Assembly (NCBI RefSeq): GCF_964188315.1
Contig: NC_135658.1
Span: 29,078,001 to 29,142,000 of the forward strand
Length of the DNA: 64,000 bases
Reading direction: 5' to 3'
DNA from: Podarcis muralis
Lineage: Eukaryota
Shown: in pieces, positions 49,786 through 63,519 of the stretch
How positions within the stretch are numbered: position 1 is the stretch's first letter
How the letters are laid out: the number at the start of each line of letters is the position of its first letter
Notes under the pieces: model-generated
What the model was told of the DNA's origin: nothing
The model's database searches: none
The model's input: only the letters and a program-made list of their open reading frames with translations
Translations under genes and position numbers: made by a program

Positions 49786-50315
49786 CCAGCAGTGTGGCAG
49801 GACTATTCACCAGCTTCTCCTTAAGGGAGGACCTGATGCAAAGCCCCACTGTAGGGCAGGGGGGTTATTCAGAAAGGATCTCCCTTCCCACTAGGTGCCC
49901 CACCCCCATCCCGCATCGCAGGGGCTGCTGCCGGTCTACTTGTCTCGCCAAAGCATCAACAATTTCAGAGCTGCATGAAGTCTCGATCCTGTCACCCAGC
50001 ATGACACAATAGGTGCTGACGTGCCCAAAGGAGAGACAAAGTGGGAGTTATGTGGAGGTGGTTTCTAACCAGGCTTGCTTCCTACTCCATGCAGCATTTT
50101 TCTCCATCTAACCAATTGTTTGCAGAGGCAAATTGATTCCACGCGATTGGCACTGAGTTTACGGAGGCTCTGAGAAGTGCCGCTAACATTTCAGGGATTA
50201 TTGCCAACCCATTCCGCGATTCCGATATGTACCGGTATTTATTTTAAAGAATCATTTCCACTTTAGGTAGCAATGCTCAAGGAAGCTAATGTGGAAATAA
50301 TACGTTTATGCATTC

Positions 50316-50378
<63 letters not shown>
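50316..50378 (+). repeat. (GAAA)n microsatellite
   Basis: Read directly. Other microsatellites: (CA)n ~38476-38506 and ~51902-51927, (TG)n ~58549-58576. Confidence 0.98.
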
Positions 50379-50739
50379 GCACAGACCATAGAGAACAATA
50401 ACAGTAGACAGAAAGCAGGCAGGAAGTACAGATAAAAACAAACAGGCACAAGGTGTCAGATAAAATAAAAGCCCAGGGACGGCTGGTCAGAGGGAATTCT
50501 GTGTCTTGGCTGCATATGTGAGTGGATCTTAAAAACGATTCTCTCCCTTTTCCTTCATGCTCCATCACAAGAGTCAGGAAGGGCCAGGCCAGGCATGATC
50601 CTTTAAGAGCATGTGAAGTGTCTACTGGATCAGGCCAATGGCCCATCTAGTCTAGCAGCCAGATGCTTGTGAGAAGCCCGCAAGCAGAACCCAAGTGCTA
50701 TGTTTCCAGCAACTGGCTTTCAGAAGCACAGTGTGGAAG

Positions 50740-50935
50740 CACACTACTAGTCATCACGGCTAGTAGCCACCGGTAGCCTTATTCCCCCATGAAGTTGTCC
50801 AATCTTTTAAAGCCACCCGAGTCAGTGATTGGCATTGCTTCCTGTGTGAGTGAGTTCTGAGGCTTAACTATGTACTGCGCAGAGAAGCGTTTTCTTTTAT
50901 CGGTCACAAATCTTCCAACATTCAGCTTCATTGGA
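50740..50935 (-). mobile_element. CR1 LINE 3' fragment (old)
   Basis: Minus strand reads MKLNVGRFVTDKRKRFSAQ...QNSL..E...FKRLDNFM, the CR1 ORF2 C-terminus. Confidence 0.75.
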
Positions 50936-53900
50936 TGTTCCCAAAGCTCTAGCAATAAGAGAGTGTTTATCATACAAACCTATACTGCGAGTCAAATCAG
51001 AAAGCATCAGAACTTAAGGCTTCTGCAGAGGAACTGTTTTTCCAGCATCCATCTTGATTTGCTTGCACAAAGCTTACGTGCCAAGTTAAAATGCCTGGCC
51101 TTTCTTGACCATTTATTGCAATTTGTCTTCAAAGCAATTATACGACAATAGGCAAGCATCTCTCCTGATCTGCGTGTGCGCTCACCACACATTTTTCAAT
51201 GAGTCTCCCACTACTTTTCTAACCAGAAATAGCCCATTTCTTTTTTTAAAGTGGATTTGTGGCAACACAGAGCTTTAATCCACTTCAATTGTGTGGACCT
51301 CAAATTTGTACCATGCACCTGAATCTTTTATGCAGGAGAGTGGCAGTCATCCTTACTGAGTTATCAGGAGAGAGGAAAAGGTGGAGCTCCTCCAAGCCTG
51401 CCCTAGATGGCACCAGCTGCCATCATTTTAAAGAGCCAATATTATCGTGTAAAAAACAAAAAACAAAAAGTTAACAGTAACCATAGGGAGGGTATTGTTT
51501 TGAAAAGAAAGAAACAGAAAGAAGTGAAGCCCCTGACATTTTAAGCTTTTTGCCTCGTTGCTATTTTTATAATAATTGAGAATGACAGAGCACCTCTATC
51601 ATTTTGCCTTTGCCTCACATCGCCTGTCTGATTCACCCTAAAAGGGAGGCTGTGCATTATGCTCTTTAATCAAGCAGGTCCAGGTGACCCAGCAGAGGCT
51701 GTTTTCTTAAAATAAGATGTGCTCTTAGAAGCAATAATCGGGTATGAGTTTATAACCGGGTACTGAAACATTGTTAGCGCTGCATCCAATGTCATTAATT
51801 TTTCCAGCTGTACATTTTAAGAGATTATTGAGGGATGGGGGGGGAGCAAATATATCCCTGAATACCACAAAGAGTACAAAAGTAGTTTGTTTACCAAAGT
51901 TTACACACACACACACACACACACACACGGAAAGAGAAAAATAAACTAACAGAATCACTTTGCAGCAGCAGAAGCCCCATATGGCTTTCAACCCTTGTTC
52001 CATCCACCTGAGACAGTCAAAATGGTTGTAATACAAAAATAGCATTGTCTGTTTCAATCAATTCACACAATGTATAACTGTTTGTTTTGAGGTTTCAGTT
52101 TGTCCCAGGATTACAAGTTTCAGCTTGTTATTCCACCCCATCCCACTCCCCGCTGGCTTTAGAAATTGTCACTTTGTGCTGTAGGGCTAAAGCCCATAGG
52201 CTGCATCCAACTAACTCATATGCAGAATAAGCCCATGGTTGGGTCTACACAGTTGGGTACCACCATGTATTCCTTATCTGAAGTCCCAAGGATGCTTAAC
52301 TTGGGAGCCATTGTTTTTGAGGAAGGTGGTCGTAGGACTCTGATCTGGAATGTGCTCCTCCTGACACAGATCAGCCCCCGCCCTTGGTTTTCTGCTGAAA
52401 TTCTCTCTCTGACTTGTATTCAGTGCTTTTCTTCTAGGAAAAAAGGACGCCTAGAAAAAAAAGCACTGCTCGTATTTTGTTTTTGTCATCACATCCCACC
52501 CCCGGACCTCGAAACTGCTGCCTACTGCAAACAGCACTTTCAAGGGCACAGAGCAGGAGTTGAGGGATGATATGTGTGTGTGTGTGGGGGGGGAGCCCAC
52601 TGGTGTGGGGCCCTGGTCCAGTTCAACAGCATGTTCCAGTTCAGGGTGCCATGGCTGCTTTCTACAAAATAAAAGTGGGCAGGTTAAACATATGACTCAT
52701 GTCAGATGTAGTTTGGTGCTGAGGTGTTGATGCATTCCCAGGTGTGATGGGTTTAAGCAGGGGTAATCTGGGGGGGGGGGGAGAGCTAAGCAGTGAGGTA
52801 TCTCTATATCTATATCTAGCTATATCTTTTTCTACCATGGGTGCCCTTCAGATATTTTGGACTGCAACCCCCATAAGGATAAACCAGCGTGCTGGCTCAG
52901 GCTGAAGGGCATAGCAACCCAAAACATCTGGCTGGGGAAGCAAGCAGCGTATTTCAGGATTCCAGAAGGCAGGGGAAGAGGAGCCAGGTTTGTGGTTATG
53001 GGACCAGAGACTGAACTGCCAAGAATCAGAGTTTTAAACTTTGGTTTGTTTGTCCTGAGGCTACTCAGACAAAGGCACGCAAGCGCTCACAGTACAACCA
53101 ACCAAAGGAACACTAAAAAGCTGCACTTTAAAAGGTGAAGACTGCTGTTTTTCATTTGAAATACCACACCATAAGAACATCAGACTGTAGGCTTATCTAG
53201 TCCCACATCCTGTATCTTAATCAGATGACTCTGGAAAGCCCGTATAACCCCAAAGCTTCAAGATTGTCTAGCAATTTGATTTGGAACAGAATTCATCTAT
53301 ATTGCTCCAATTTACACCCACCAGCTGAAATCCGGTGCTGCAAGCAGGCAGAGATTCCCCATTGTCTTCTATAAGAGCGAAATGTTCTATGCATAAATGA
53401 GCACGTCCCATTGCATGCACCGAGCATGTTCCTTTCACAGGAGAGAATGGGACATGCACCAGAACTCCTAAATTACACCCTTCACTTTTTGTATTCCACC
53501 TGTATAGAATCCCCTTGGTTGAACATCACTCTCTTTTATTTTGCATTTTTTCAGGGTTCAAAACTAAAATTGCCTTCTGTTGTATACATTTTAGTTTCCC
53601 TCAATATTATTATTTGTGAATCCCCTTTCAGTTTTTAAACGACACTCCTTCCATCTCTATATTTGGCACCTCAGGCAGGAAAAAGAAAGTATGAAAAGAA
53701 GTTCTATCAATACCCATATGATTTGTGCTGTGTCTGATAAAATAACATCTGCTCATGCAATTCGAAAATCCATTAAACTCCCAGCTAAATTCTCCAAAGT
53801 TTTATCTGTATTGCTACTTTCCTGGGCATAGTACTGCTTTCGGCAAACTCCTGATGTAACATCCTTTCATCTAACAGCAAGAATACAAGTTTATAGAACA

Positions 53901-54231
53901 AGAAATGCCTTCCAATAGATTAAGAAGATCAAAAGGAGGAAAATCATTTCACCGTTGACCCTGCTTAGTTCAGCTTGTAAGGAAACCATCAGAACCTCTG
54001 GGACTGGCTCACTGAACTTCAACACATCAAAACCAGATGGACATGCATCTTTAATAGTATATAATTCTATGCTTGTATTTATTCTAACATAATTTTCAAA
54101 TCCCACAAGGGCCAAACTATCTGAGGGCCAAACTACACCCTTCATTCAAGCTTCATGACTAGAACTCTCAGCATAATTTTCTTCTTCAGGACAGAAAATC
54201 CCTCTCCCATGTGCCTATCCAAACGAGTTAC

Positions 54232-54577
54232 CATACCCTCCAACATTTCTCCAATGAAAATAGGGACGCCCCATTCCTTAATGATAAATTTACTATTTGT
54301 ACCCCACACATCTTACTGGGTTGCCCCAGACACTCTGGGCAGCTTCCAACATATATAAAAACATAATAGAACATTAAACTTTTTAAAAAAAACTTCCCTA
54401 TAAAGGATTGCCTTCAGACTGCTTGGGGGTCGGATAACTCCATACCCCCCAACATTTCTCCAGTGAAAATAGGAACACCTGAAGGGAAAGTGGGACATTC
54501 TGGGATCAAATCAGAAACCGGGATGGCTTCTCTATATCAGGGACGTCCCTGGGAAATAGGGACACTTGGAGGGTCTG
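54232..54577. mobile_element. Composite TIR element, copy 2
   Basis: Same layout as 36565-36874: left end at 54232 and 54441, L2-tail cargo, TTGGAGGGTCTG right end. Confidence 0.7.
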
Positions 54578-54789
54578 CATTATTCCTAGGCTGGATCTAG
54601 ACACGTCAAAGAAGCGATTCAGTTAAATGCGTTGTAAATGCATACAGGGAAATCCGGTAGGGAAAGTCGGGACTCCACAGCGCCCTCTATTGTCACAGTG
54701 CTATATTGCATATTCAACGCAAATAAAATGCTTTTTCTTTACCAATTTAGCTGAGTCCCTAGTCACAGAGGTAAAACATATGGGCAACT

Positions 54790-55000
54790 GGCTACCAATT
54801 AGCTACCGGGCTAAGTTCAAGGTGCTGGTTTTTGGTGTATGAAGCCCTATACAGGTTGGGACCAGGGTACCTGAAAGATCATCTCACCCCTTATACACCC
54901 AATTGCTCACTGAGCTCTGCAGATGAGGTCCTCCTGCAGATACCATCTTATCAGGAGGTTTGTTCCACACTGGGCCTGTAGTGCTGCGGCACTCACTCTG
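54790..55000 (+). mobile_element. L2 LINE ORF2 fragment
   Basis: WLPISYRAKFKVLV...aagccctatac...gggaccagggtacctgaaaga. Confidence 0.8.
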
Positions 55001-55147
55001 TCATTGTCCTGACAGTGCTTTTTGGACTGTGTAATGTCAGTGTGAGGCAACAGGGCTACTTCAGTGACACTTAGCAGGTCACAGGACTGGCAAAACAATT
55101 TGGAAGTGTGGAATGCTCCTGCTCACTTTTCCAGCTATGCACTCTTC

Positions 55148-55148
55148 A

Positions 55149-55207
<59 letters not shown>

Positions 55208-55465
55208 TATTTTTTATACCCCGCCCATCTGACTGGGTTGCTCCAGCCACTATGGGCGGTTTCTAGCAAAAACACAGGAAAAACAATGACGACAACATCA
55301 AACATTTAAAGCTTCCTGTAACAGGGCTGCCTTCAGATGTCTACAGAATTTTTTATTGTTGTTTAACTCTTTGCCGTCTGCCGGGAGGGCATTCCATAGG
55401 TAGGTGCGACTACTGAAAATGTCTTCTGTCTGGTTCCCTGTATACTCCATTCTTTTCTCCCTTCT
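55148..55465 (-). mobile_element. L2 LINE 3' end with (ATT)n tail
   Basis: (AAT)n at 55148-55203 followed by tttataccccgcccatctg...gagggcattccatagg, the antisense L2 end. Confidence 0.8.
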
Positions 55466-56776
55466 AACTGGTTTCCTACCTCCATCCCCAAACAATTAGT
55501 CAGCATTCTGTACAGCAGAGGTGGTTCAGTCCTCACTGGACTGCTTGCAGAGTATTTTCTGAAGATTTCTTTTGTTCTTCTGTAAATCTCAGTGTTCTCC
55601 AAACCTGCTGATATCCCCCTCCCCCCGTGTGTGTGGTTTTCTAGCTACATAAGCAATGGCACTCATGCCCGAACATTGTAAATAGGCAGAATGATTTATG
55701 AGGACACTGAACATCACCTTGCAGTTCACAATTCCTGTACCAGTGGAGGAAAAGGGACCAGGTTCACTGACACTCAAACCAGCTATCCTCTTGCGTTTTC
55801 ACTGGAAGTACAGAGGTTGCTGTGACACAGCAGAACACACTACTAGGTTGCTAATATTTTTAATACTGTACCACTCTTATTCTGGAATTTAAACACCATC
55901 TTTTAAATTTTTCTTCCTGTTGATTTGGTTCAAATAATTGCACTGAATATGAATAAACAATGCAAATGAAATATGTGAGATGTTTTATGAAACATTATTC
56001 TATCGCTGCATTACTTCTTTTTTAAAAAATTAATCTTGAGAAGCATGAAGTTTGATGGCTTTAAACTTAAAAGCAAATCTGTAGGCGCAATCAATTTGCA
56101 TAATATTGCCTCTCAGTTTCAAGGGTAGGCTCCCCATTCCATTGAAGTCAATGGAGTTTGACTTAAAGTTTGCCTTTAACTTTAGCAGAAGTCAACCCAC
56201 AAATAGTAATCATGATGAAGAAAACATCAGAACTTGAAAGGAAAGCCAACTTTTCTCAAACCGATGCTGAACTCGAGATGAAACTTCTGTTTGAAAAGGA
56301 ATCTCTCGTGAAGAAGACTCTCAAGAGAACTCTTCGTAATTCAAAAGCTTCTATATGTCAGATGATCCAACAAAAAAATGTAATTATTTCACCAGGGGAA
56401 AGTAAAAGTTAGAGACATGAAAAGCCAGTGTTATGGCTTGAAGAGCAAAGGCCCTGCTAAGATAATTAGTATGCAGCCGGAATAGAATATTTAATTCAAA
56501 GATGGTTGCATAGCTATTAATCTCTGCATTTGGGGGTGTCTTACAAAATCTGTAGCAGAACTCAAAAGTATTCTAGCTTTTATGAAGTGTTTGCAGATCA
56601 GAATAAACAAATATCAGTTCATTTTCACTGACTGTACAGTATGGATTAAATTATAACCATGCATATACTATGAGGCAGGTCCATTCAAGTTTGATGCCCC
56701 CTTCACTTGTTGCAGAAGGTTCAGTCCTTGGCATCTTCAGATGGGACTGGAAAAAAATAATAGCCCAGAGAGTTGC

Positions 56777-57040
56777 TGTTATGTACTGAAGTTCTCACAC
56801 TGGGCCAGCAGGGGGATACTGTAGATAGTTTTCACTCAGGTCCACATATGCAAATAAGGGATTGAAAGTGACGTTCAGTGATTGGATAGTTACAGAAAGT
56901 GGTTACTGTTGCATTGTAGTTGAGCTCTATATAAGCAGGTTGGCTGAACCCTTCAGTTCAGTTCTGTTCTGACCTGTGAATAAACAAGAGCTGTTTGGAG
57001 AATCACTGTGTCGTCTGATATGTTCACCCACAACTTAACA
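56777..57040 (+). mobile_element. Short solo LTR (264 bp), intact copy
   Basis: TGTTATGTACTG...CTTAACA. 5-bp TSD gttgc / cttgc with one mismatch. TATA and AATAAA present. Confidence 0.88.
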
Positions 57041-58545
57041 CTTGCTGCTGGTCAGTGCAGGTCAGGGATGGGGAATCTGTGGCCTTCCAACTGTTGCTGG
57101 ACTTCAGGTCCCATAATGTTGGACCATTAGCCGTGTTGACTGGGACTGATGGGAGTTGAAGCTAAACAATATCTAGAGGCCACGTTGACCACTCCTGCTT
57201 CAAGCTGCACATCTTCTAAACTCATGTCCAACCATCTAGTGCAGTGTTCAGTTCTCACAGTGGCCACAAACAGAAATTGAGTGCAACAGCGCTCTCTTCA
57301 CTAGAGGATTCATAGCAACTGACATTCAGAGGCATACCATCTCCAAGAATAGGGGTAGAACATTGCCAGCATGTTTAGTCACCACTGGTTCTTCATGAAT
57401 TCCTCTAATCCCCCCATAAAGCCATGCACAGTCCACTCTTCTTGTCAGCCACACATACACTTCCCACTCAAAAATGTCTTTATTTTGGTCCTCCAGCCTT
57501 AAATCCAGCCACTGCATCAGATGCTTCTGGCCTTGTCACTTGCTTCTTCTCCAGTTTGACCCCTCGGCCAAACATACAACCATGTTTACATCCTCCCAGC
57601 TATCTGCTTCATGCTCCTTGTCATATCTCTCTGACCCTAGCCTTCCTCCTTTACCTGATTTTTTTTTCTTAAGCAAGCAAGGGTGGGTGCTTTGCAGCTT
57701 CAAAACAGTTAGAGAGCAGGTGATGTCTTTATTGGCCAGGATCCTGGAGCCTGATATATAAAAAAATATGAGTCTAATGCAATCAGTGTTGCTCCTTTTA
57801 CCGTCTCATTTCACTGGGGTGACACCAGCCCGTTTGACACTCCAACCCATCTGTCAGTTTTGTGAGGGTCTAGGTTTCCTAGCAATTAGTGGGCTAGCCT
57901 CGAGTCTGCACACAGAAATTTGCTTGCAGCCATACAGCCATCAGGATGTGGGGAAAGGACAATCATTCTAAACCAGAGTGACAGCTGACAGAGTAGATAC
58001 ACCAAGCCATCAAGGAAGGCCAGTTTTATGACACCAATCTTTGCTGAATGAGATCCCTATAGGGAAGAGTTCTTCTTCTTTTTAATGAAACACACGGAGG
58101 TGTGCATGCAGAGGATCCAGCAGTGTGCATGAATGGCTCCCTGGAAATCATAATTCTGCTGCTATCTATTTGTTCACTGTATTTTTATTTTGCCCTTTTC
58201 TCTAATGCGCAGCATTGCAACAAGCATGTAAGAAAGGTTTGCCTGAGATTGTGGCTGGCACTCCTGAACAAGTGCAGGATTAACCTGGGTTTTCAAAATG
58301 CAAACACAGGCACTCTAGCCTCTGCGCCACAAGGTCTCTGGCTTTATTTTCATTCATATGCACAACTGAGTACTAACCATATGTGTGCATCTCTCTCTCT
58401 TTTTTTACTTCTTCAGAGAACCACGTTTAATGGTTCCCATGTCCTGATGAACTGAAACAAGTGTGATATACTTGAACAGAAGAACAATAGGGGCTTAATA
58501 TTTTTAGTTGACTGACCATCAGCCTTTAACTGATTGATTAAAATA

Positions 58546-58579
<34 letters not shown>

Positions 58580-58699
58580 TGCCAATACCCCAAACATGAG
58601 CATATTTTGGAGATACTAAAGGAAGTTTAGACTACTGTACAGCTCATTAGCCTTAACTCTTCACTGTTAGAAAGGCATTTTTTACATTTACATTTTCTA

Positions 58700-59047
58700 G
58701 GTAAAGGTAAAGGGACCCCTGACCATTAGGTCCAGTCATGACCGACTCTGGGGTTGTGGCACTCATCTTGCTTTATTGGCCGAGGGAGCCGGCATACAGC
58801 TTCCGAGTCATGTGGCCAGCATGACTAAGCCGCTTCTGGCGAACCAGAGCAGCACACAGAAACGCCGTTTACCTTCCTGCTGGTAGTATTTATCTACTTG
58901 CACTTTGACGTGCTTTCAAACTGATAGGTTGGCAGGAGCTGGGACTGAACAACTGGAACTCACCCCGTCGCGGGGATTCGAATCGCCGACCTTCTGATTA
59001 GCAAGCCCTAGGCTCTGTGGTTTAACCCAGAGCACCACCCGCGTCCC
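58700..59047 (-). mobile_element. Sauria SINE, full length
   Basis: TSD ttacattttcta at 58688-58699 and 59048-59059. Confidence 0.95.
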
Positions 59048-59085
59048 TTACATTTTCTACCATAGGCTTAAAATAATAATAACTA

Positions 59086-59410
59086 CCATATTTTTCGCCC
59101 CATAGGGCGCACCGGCCCATAGGGCACACCTAGTTTTTTTGGGGGGGAGGGGGAAATAAAGAAAAAAAATTATTTCCCCCCCAGGCGCGGGGCTGGGGTG
59201 GGGGAAGCCCGAGCTTCCCCCGACCCCAGCCCCCAGAACAGGCTGCTATCCACAAGCCTAGGGAGCCTGGCGGGAAGTCACGCTGGTCTCCCCAGGCTTG
59301 CGGAGAGGTGCCCGAAGCCCAGGGTGCGCTGCTCAGCGCGCCCCAGGCTTCGGAATGCAGGCAGCTCTCCGCAACCCTGGGGAGACTGGTGTGAACTCTT
59401 AACTGGGAGC
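59086..59410 (+). mobile_element. Tc2-like element left end with GC-rich interior, truncated
   Basis: TA|CCATATTTTTCGCCCCATAGGGCGCAC. No right TIR found. Followed by a probable L1-type 3'UTR in antisense. Confidence 0.6.
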
Positions 59411-59719
59411 CTTTGTTTGTTTTTTTAAACATATTTTTAATTAAAGATTTTTTGGTTTACAAAAGTATGTGCAATGTCTCTTTTTTCAAGTTACATATTC
59501 TACAAATCAGTTTCATTTGTTGAGACATTAGTGTTACATTAGGAAGGAAAGGGGGAAAGAGGTGGAGGGGGGCATAATGAGTGGGGGTGGGGTCGGGTGG
59601 CAATGCTTCTATTCTACTTAATGTATGTGTGGGGTTTTGTGTCAGCCTGGCTTGTGCAGGTTCTCTTTACTATTCGCTTCTCTCACCACTGTGAGCCTTT
59701 GTTGATCAAACATGAGCCT

Positions 59720-60165
59720 ACTAAGGCGGCAATCCTAACTCCATTTACATGGGAGTAAGTCCCATTGAATTCAATAGGATGCACTTCAGAATAGGCAAGT
59801 TTAGGATTATACTGTAAAACAGCAAATTTTTACTCACTTGGGGTTAAATCCCATTGAGATTAATCGAAATTGCTTCTGAGTAGACATGCAAAGGATTGCA
59901 TTGTAAGGCTGCAACTCCTTTAGCTTGCGTGGGAGTAGGCACTATTGAACTCAGAAGGACTTCTGAATAAACATGGCCTAGATCACAGTAGAATCCTACA
60001 CACATCTTAATTTGGAAGCACAGTATGTCTGAGTTAAATGAGGCTTAGTAACATGAAAAGGATGGTGGGGGTTGCAGCCTTACAGTACAATCCTATGCTT
60101 CTCTTAATCTACTCAATAAATAAATATACCACCAGGTATGCGGGTACAGGATTGCAGCATGCAAT
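59720..60165. repeat. Diverged tandem array of ~85-bp palindromic elements (GGCTGCAATCC...AGGATTGCA)
   Basis: About 5 head-to-tail units with a gtaagtcccattgaattcaat-type core. Dispersed single units at ~39810, 44890, 52190, 56110 and 61920. Confidence 0.6.
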
Positions 60166-60370
60166 GATTAATTTTATTTAGTTAGATAAAAGATACTATC
60201 TTCCAGGGCAGTTTACAAAAAAATTGATATTGATTGAAGCTTGCAGTAATTTATTCTTTTATTGTTGCCTATATTTGCTTGCCACTTTACAACAAATAAC
60301 TCAGAACTAGAGCCAGAGGGTGGGGTATAAATAATAAAATTATTATTATTAATAATAATAATAAGAGAAG

Positions 60371-60650
60371 CGGACACGGAGCAATGGATCCAAACTACAA
60401 GAAAGAAGATTCCACCTAAACATTAGGAAGAACTTCCTGACAGTAAGAGCTGTTCGACAGTGGAATTTGCTGCCAAGGAGTGTGGTGGAGTCTCCTTCTT
60501 TGGAGGTCTTTAAGCAGAGGCTTGACAACCGTATGTCAGGAGTGCTCTGATGGTGTTTCCTGCTTGGCAGGGGGTTGGACTCGATGGCCCTTGTGGTCTC
60601 TTCCAACTCTATGATTCTATTATTACTACTACTACTACTACTACTACTAT
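60371..60650 (+). mobile_element. CR1 LINE 3' end (young, 5'-truncated)
   Basis: [52 protein letters not shown], then ttccaactctatgattcta and a (TAC)n tail. Confidence 0.95.
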
Positions 60651-63035
60651 TATCTAGTTCATACTGATTTTTCATCATCATACTGTATTCAGATTGGGGC
60701 TGGCTGGGGCATATGAGTTTTAAGATCATGAGGTAAGTACTAGTGCATTCCTCTTAGATATACTTGAAATCTATTCACTGTGACCGTCTGATTTTTTTGT
60801 ATACATGGTACACTCTGTATTTTTGAGACATATATTATTTGTTCTGTGTATGTGGATATACAGGTGTACACTTCTGAGCTCCACACTGTAATTGAAAATT
60901 GACAGCCATGGGGCTGGCACTGTCTCTGCCTTGCGTTAAACACACTGTTTGGGAGACTTCCCTGTGAAGTTCTTCTTTTTTCTCTTCCTAAGGATGCTTT
61001 TGTTTGGATGTAGACGGTGACAAATCATTGATGTACAGAGGAAAAATGAGGTAGCTGCCTTCCAGATGCCCTTTATTTGCCAGATGTCCTTCACTAAGTT
61101 TTAAGTAATTGTTCCTTATTGCACAGCAGAACAGCCTCAAGCACGTGGTACGGTTATTTATAAGATTGCCAGATCAAAGTCTGAAGGTTAACTTCCATTG
61201 CACTGGAAGTCAATTCCTACTAGGACTGGGTGAATCTGTTAGTTTTTCATTTTTCCAATCTTAAAATTCAATTCTCCACATTTCCACATCAGCTTATGGT
61301 GTTTTTTTTGGGTTTTTTTTACGTCCTCATGAAAAAGCACTAGCATCTCCTAATATACACATTTTTGTGTGAAGTTTTGCCCAATGCCAATTTTTGCAAA
61401 GCAGTTTGCCCTACTATAATGCATTTTCGGAAATGTTATAGCTGGTCAGCCTGTCTTCTCTCCTGCCCCCCCCCCCACTTCAGGGAGAGGACAGAGACAG
61501 AAGAATTGGCAGGTTGCCAAGGTGATGGGGAGTCATGATGTCACAGGAAAATTTGTCCTTTTTGAAATCAAAGGTTTGCTGGGAAGGAGTGGGGCAGAAT
61601 AAATGGGCGGTTTTCACAATGGAGAGAAATGAACGCTGGAATATCCCAAGGGTTTCTACTGGGACATTCATAAATGACCCGGAGCCAGCAGTGAGGTTGC
61701 TGCATTTGCAGATGACATGCTACACTATTTAGGAAGCTGCAATCCAAAACTGGCTGTTGAAAAAAACCCGTTATAAAAAAAATAAATCCAAACTGGGCAA
61801 TGAGAATGTGCAAAGAGATTCTGGGTGAATGCAAAATGAGAGACAGTGCAGAGTGCAAATAAATCCCCTAACTTCATATGCATTTGCTGGTAGGAATGGG
61901 ATTGGCTATGACTTGTCTAGTTTACAAAGAAAGATAACCCTGCATGCCTAAGCATGTTTACTCAGAAGTCCCACTGTGTATGTTCAGGATTGCAGCCGAA
62001 GGCTATGCACACTTATCTGGGATTATACCCCATTGAACACAGCGGGGTTTACATCCAGACAAGCATAGTGTTAAGAGGGGACATGACAGAGACTTATACA
62101 ATTATGCATGGTGTGGAAAAAAATGGATAGTAAGATTTATTTATTTACTTTTACTTTGGTGCCTGGGTTAGGGCCAAACTGGATATCATAGACACATGGT
62201 TAACTGGTGTGTGTGTGTGTGTGGTTCTTTTAAAAAGCACCCCCAAATAATTAGTACACAATCCTAAGGCCAGATCCTGTTGCTCTTTCTTTTATTAATC
62301 ATGCATGTTAATCATGTGATAAATGCCATGCCTAGTTTATCCTTTAGATCGCTTTTAAAAATGGGATCAGACAAGTTTTAATTATTATTATTTTTATTAA
62401 TTTGATTTATTACCCACTCTTCACCCTAAGATCCATTTAAATAATACCATTTAAATTGCAGTATTAAAAACAGTTTAAAACAAATTATAATCACAGAAAT
62501 AGGGGGAGCCCTAAAAATAAACAGCTCAGGGGGCTCAGGTTAAAGGAGTGAAGGTGCCAGGTGCTCTTTTGAGTGGAGGGAATACCACATTTTAGGGGCT
62601 GCTACATTCCTGGGTCATCACCACCCCAAGCTTCTGCCTGTGCTGATCTTAACCCCTCAAGGGGTCTGCAGGGAAGGAGGCAAGTCTTTCAGATATCTCT
62701 CTGCAAGATTCAGCTGCAGTTTACTGGCCCACATCCACCCCATCACCACCTCTAAGCAACAGCCTAACACTTCAGGTTCACAGAGGACACTTCCGTCAGC
62801 AGATATTAACTTGACAGCTAAATGAAACCTCCAGGTTCAGAGAATACTTCTGATTTCAGAGGCTGGGAAGGGGCTGCTGCCACCATGCCATTGCCACTGT
62901 AAGCTTCACCAATGCATCTGGCTAAGTACTGTGGGAATCAGGATGCTGCACTAATTAGGGATGGGGAACCTGTGTCCCCCCCCCCCCGGGATGTTGTAAG
63001 GCCAGAGCTCTTGTCATCCCTGAAATATGGCCATA

Positions 63036-63261
63036 CAGTGGTACCTCGGGTTACATACGCTTCAGGTTACAGACTCCGCTAACCCAGAAATAGTGCTTCA
63101 GGTTAAGAACTTTGCTTCAGGATGAGCACAGAAATCATGCTCCAGCAGTGCGGCGGCAGCAGGAGGCCCCATGAGCTAAAGTGGTACCTCAGGTTAAGAA
63201 CAGTTTCAGGTTAAGAACGGACCTCCGGAAAGAATTAAGTACTTAACCCGAGGTACCACTG
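63036..63261 (+). mobile_element. Tigger/pogo-like MITE, complete
   Basis: Same TIRs as 27874, with TA TSD. Confidence 0.95.
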
Positions 63262-63519
63262 TACTAGCGGAGGCCGATAGGAGCTGGAGCCAGTGTGTAG
63301 CATGTACAGATTATACCAGTATCAGGGGATATGGGGGTTCAAATCCCAATCTATCCATAATACTCTCTGGATTATGTACCAACCTTGGCCCAGCTTTTCT
63401 CCCTACCAGCCTAGCCTACCTCATAGGGTTGTTGTGGAGGCTAAAGGGGGGGGTGGTGGTGGCAGAAAGGATTGTGCTGCCTTAGTCAGACTGCATCTGG
63501 AGTACTGTATCTAGTTCTG

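Noticed and set aside
53616-56412. Short plus-strand ORFs or exon-like segments (53624, 53920, 55690, 56190)
   Set aside because: The phases do not chain into a consistent frame and no homology is recognised, so they are not supportable as CDS.
58440-58465. CTGATGA...GAAAC hammerhead ribozyme core
   Set aside because: There is no room for stem II and no flanking helices. Other CTGATGA hits also lack the architecture.
60992-61575. Three plus-strand acceptor/donor pairs
   Set aside because: Joining them in phase gives immediate stops, and the donors are weak.
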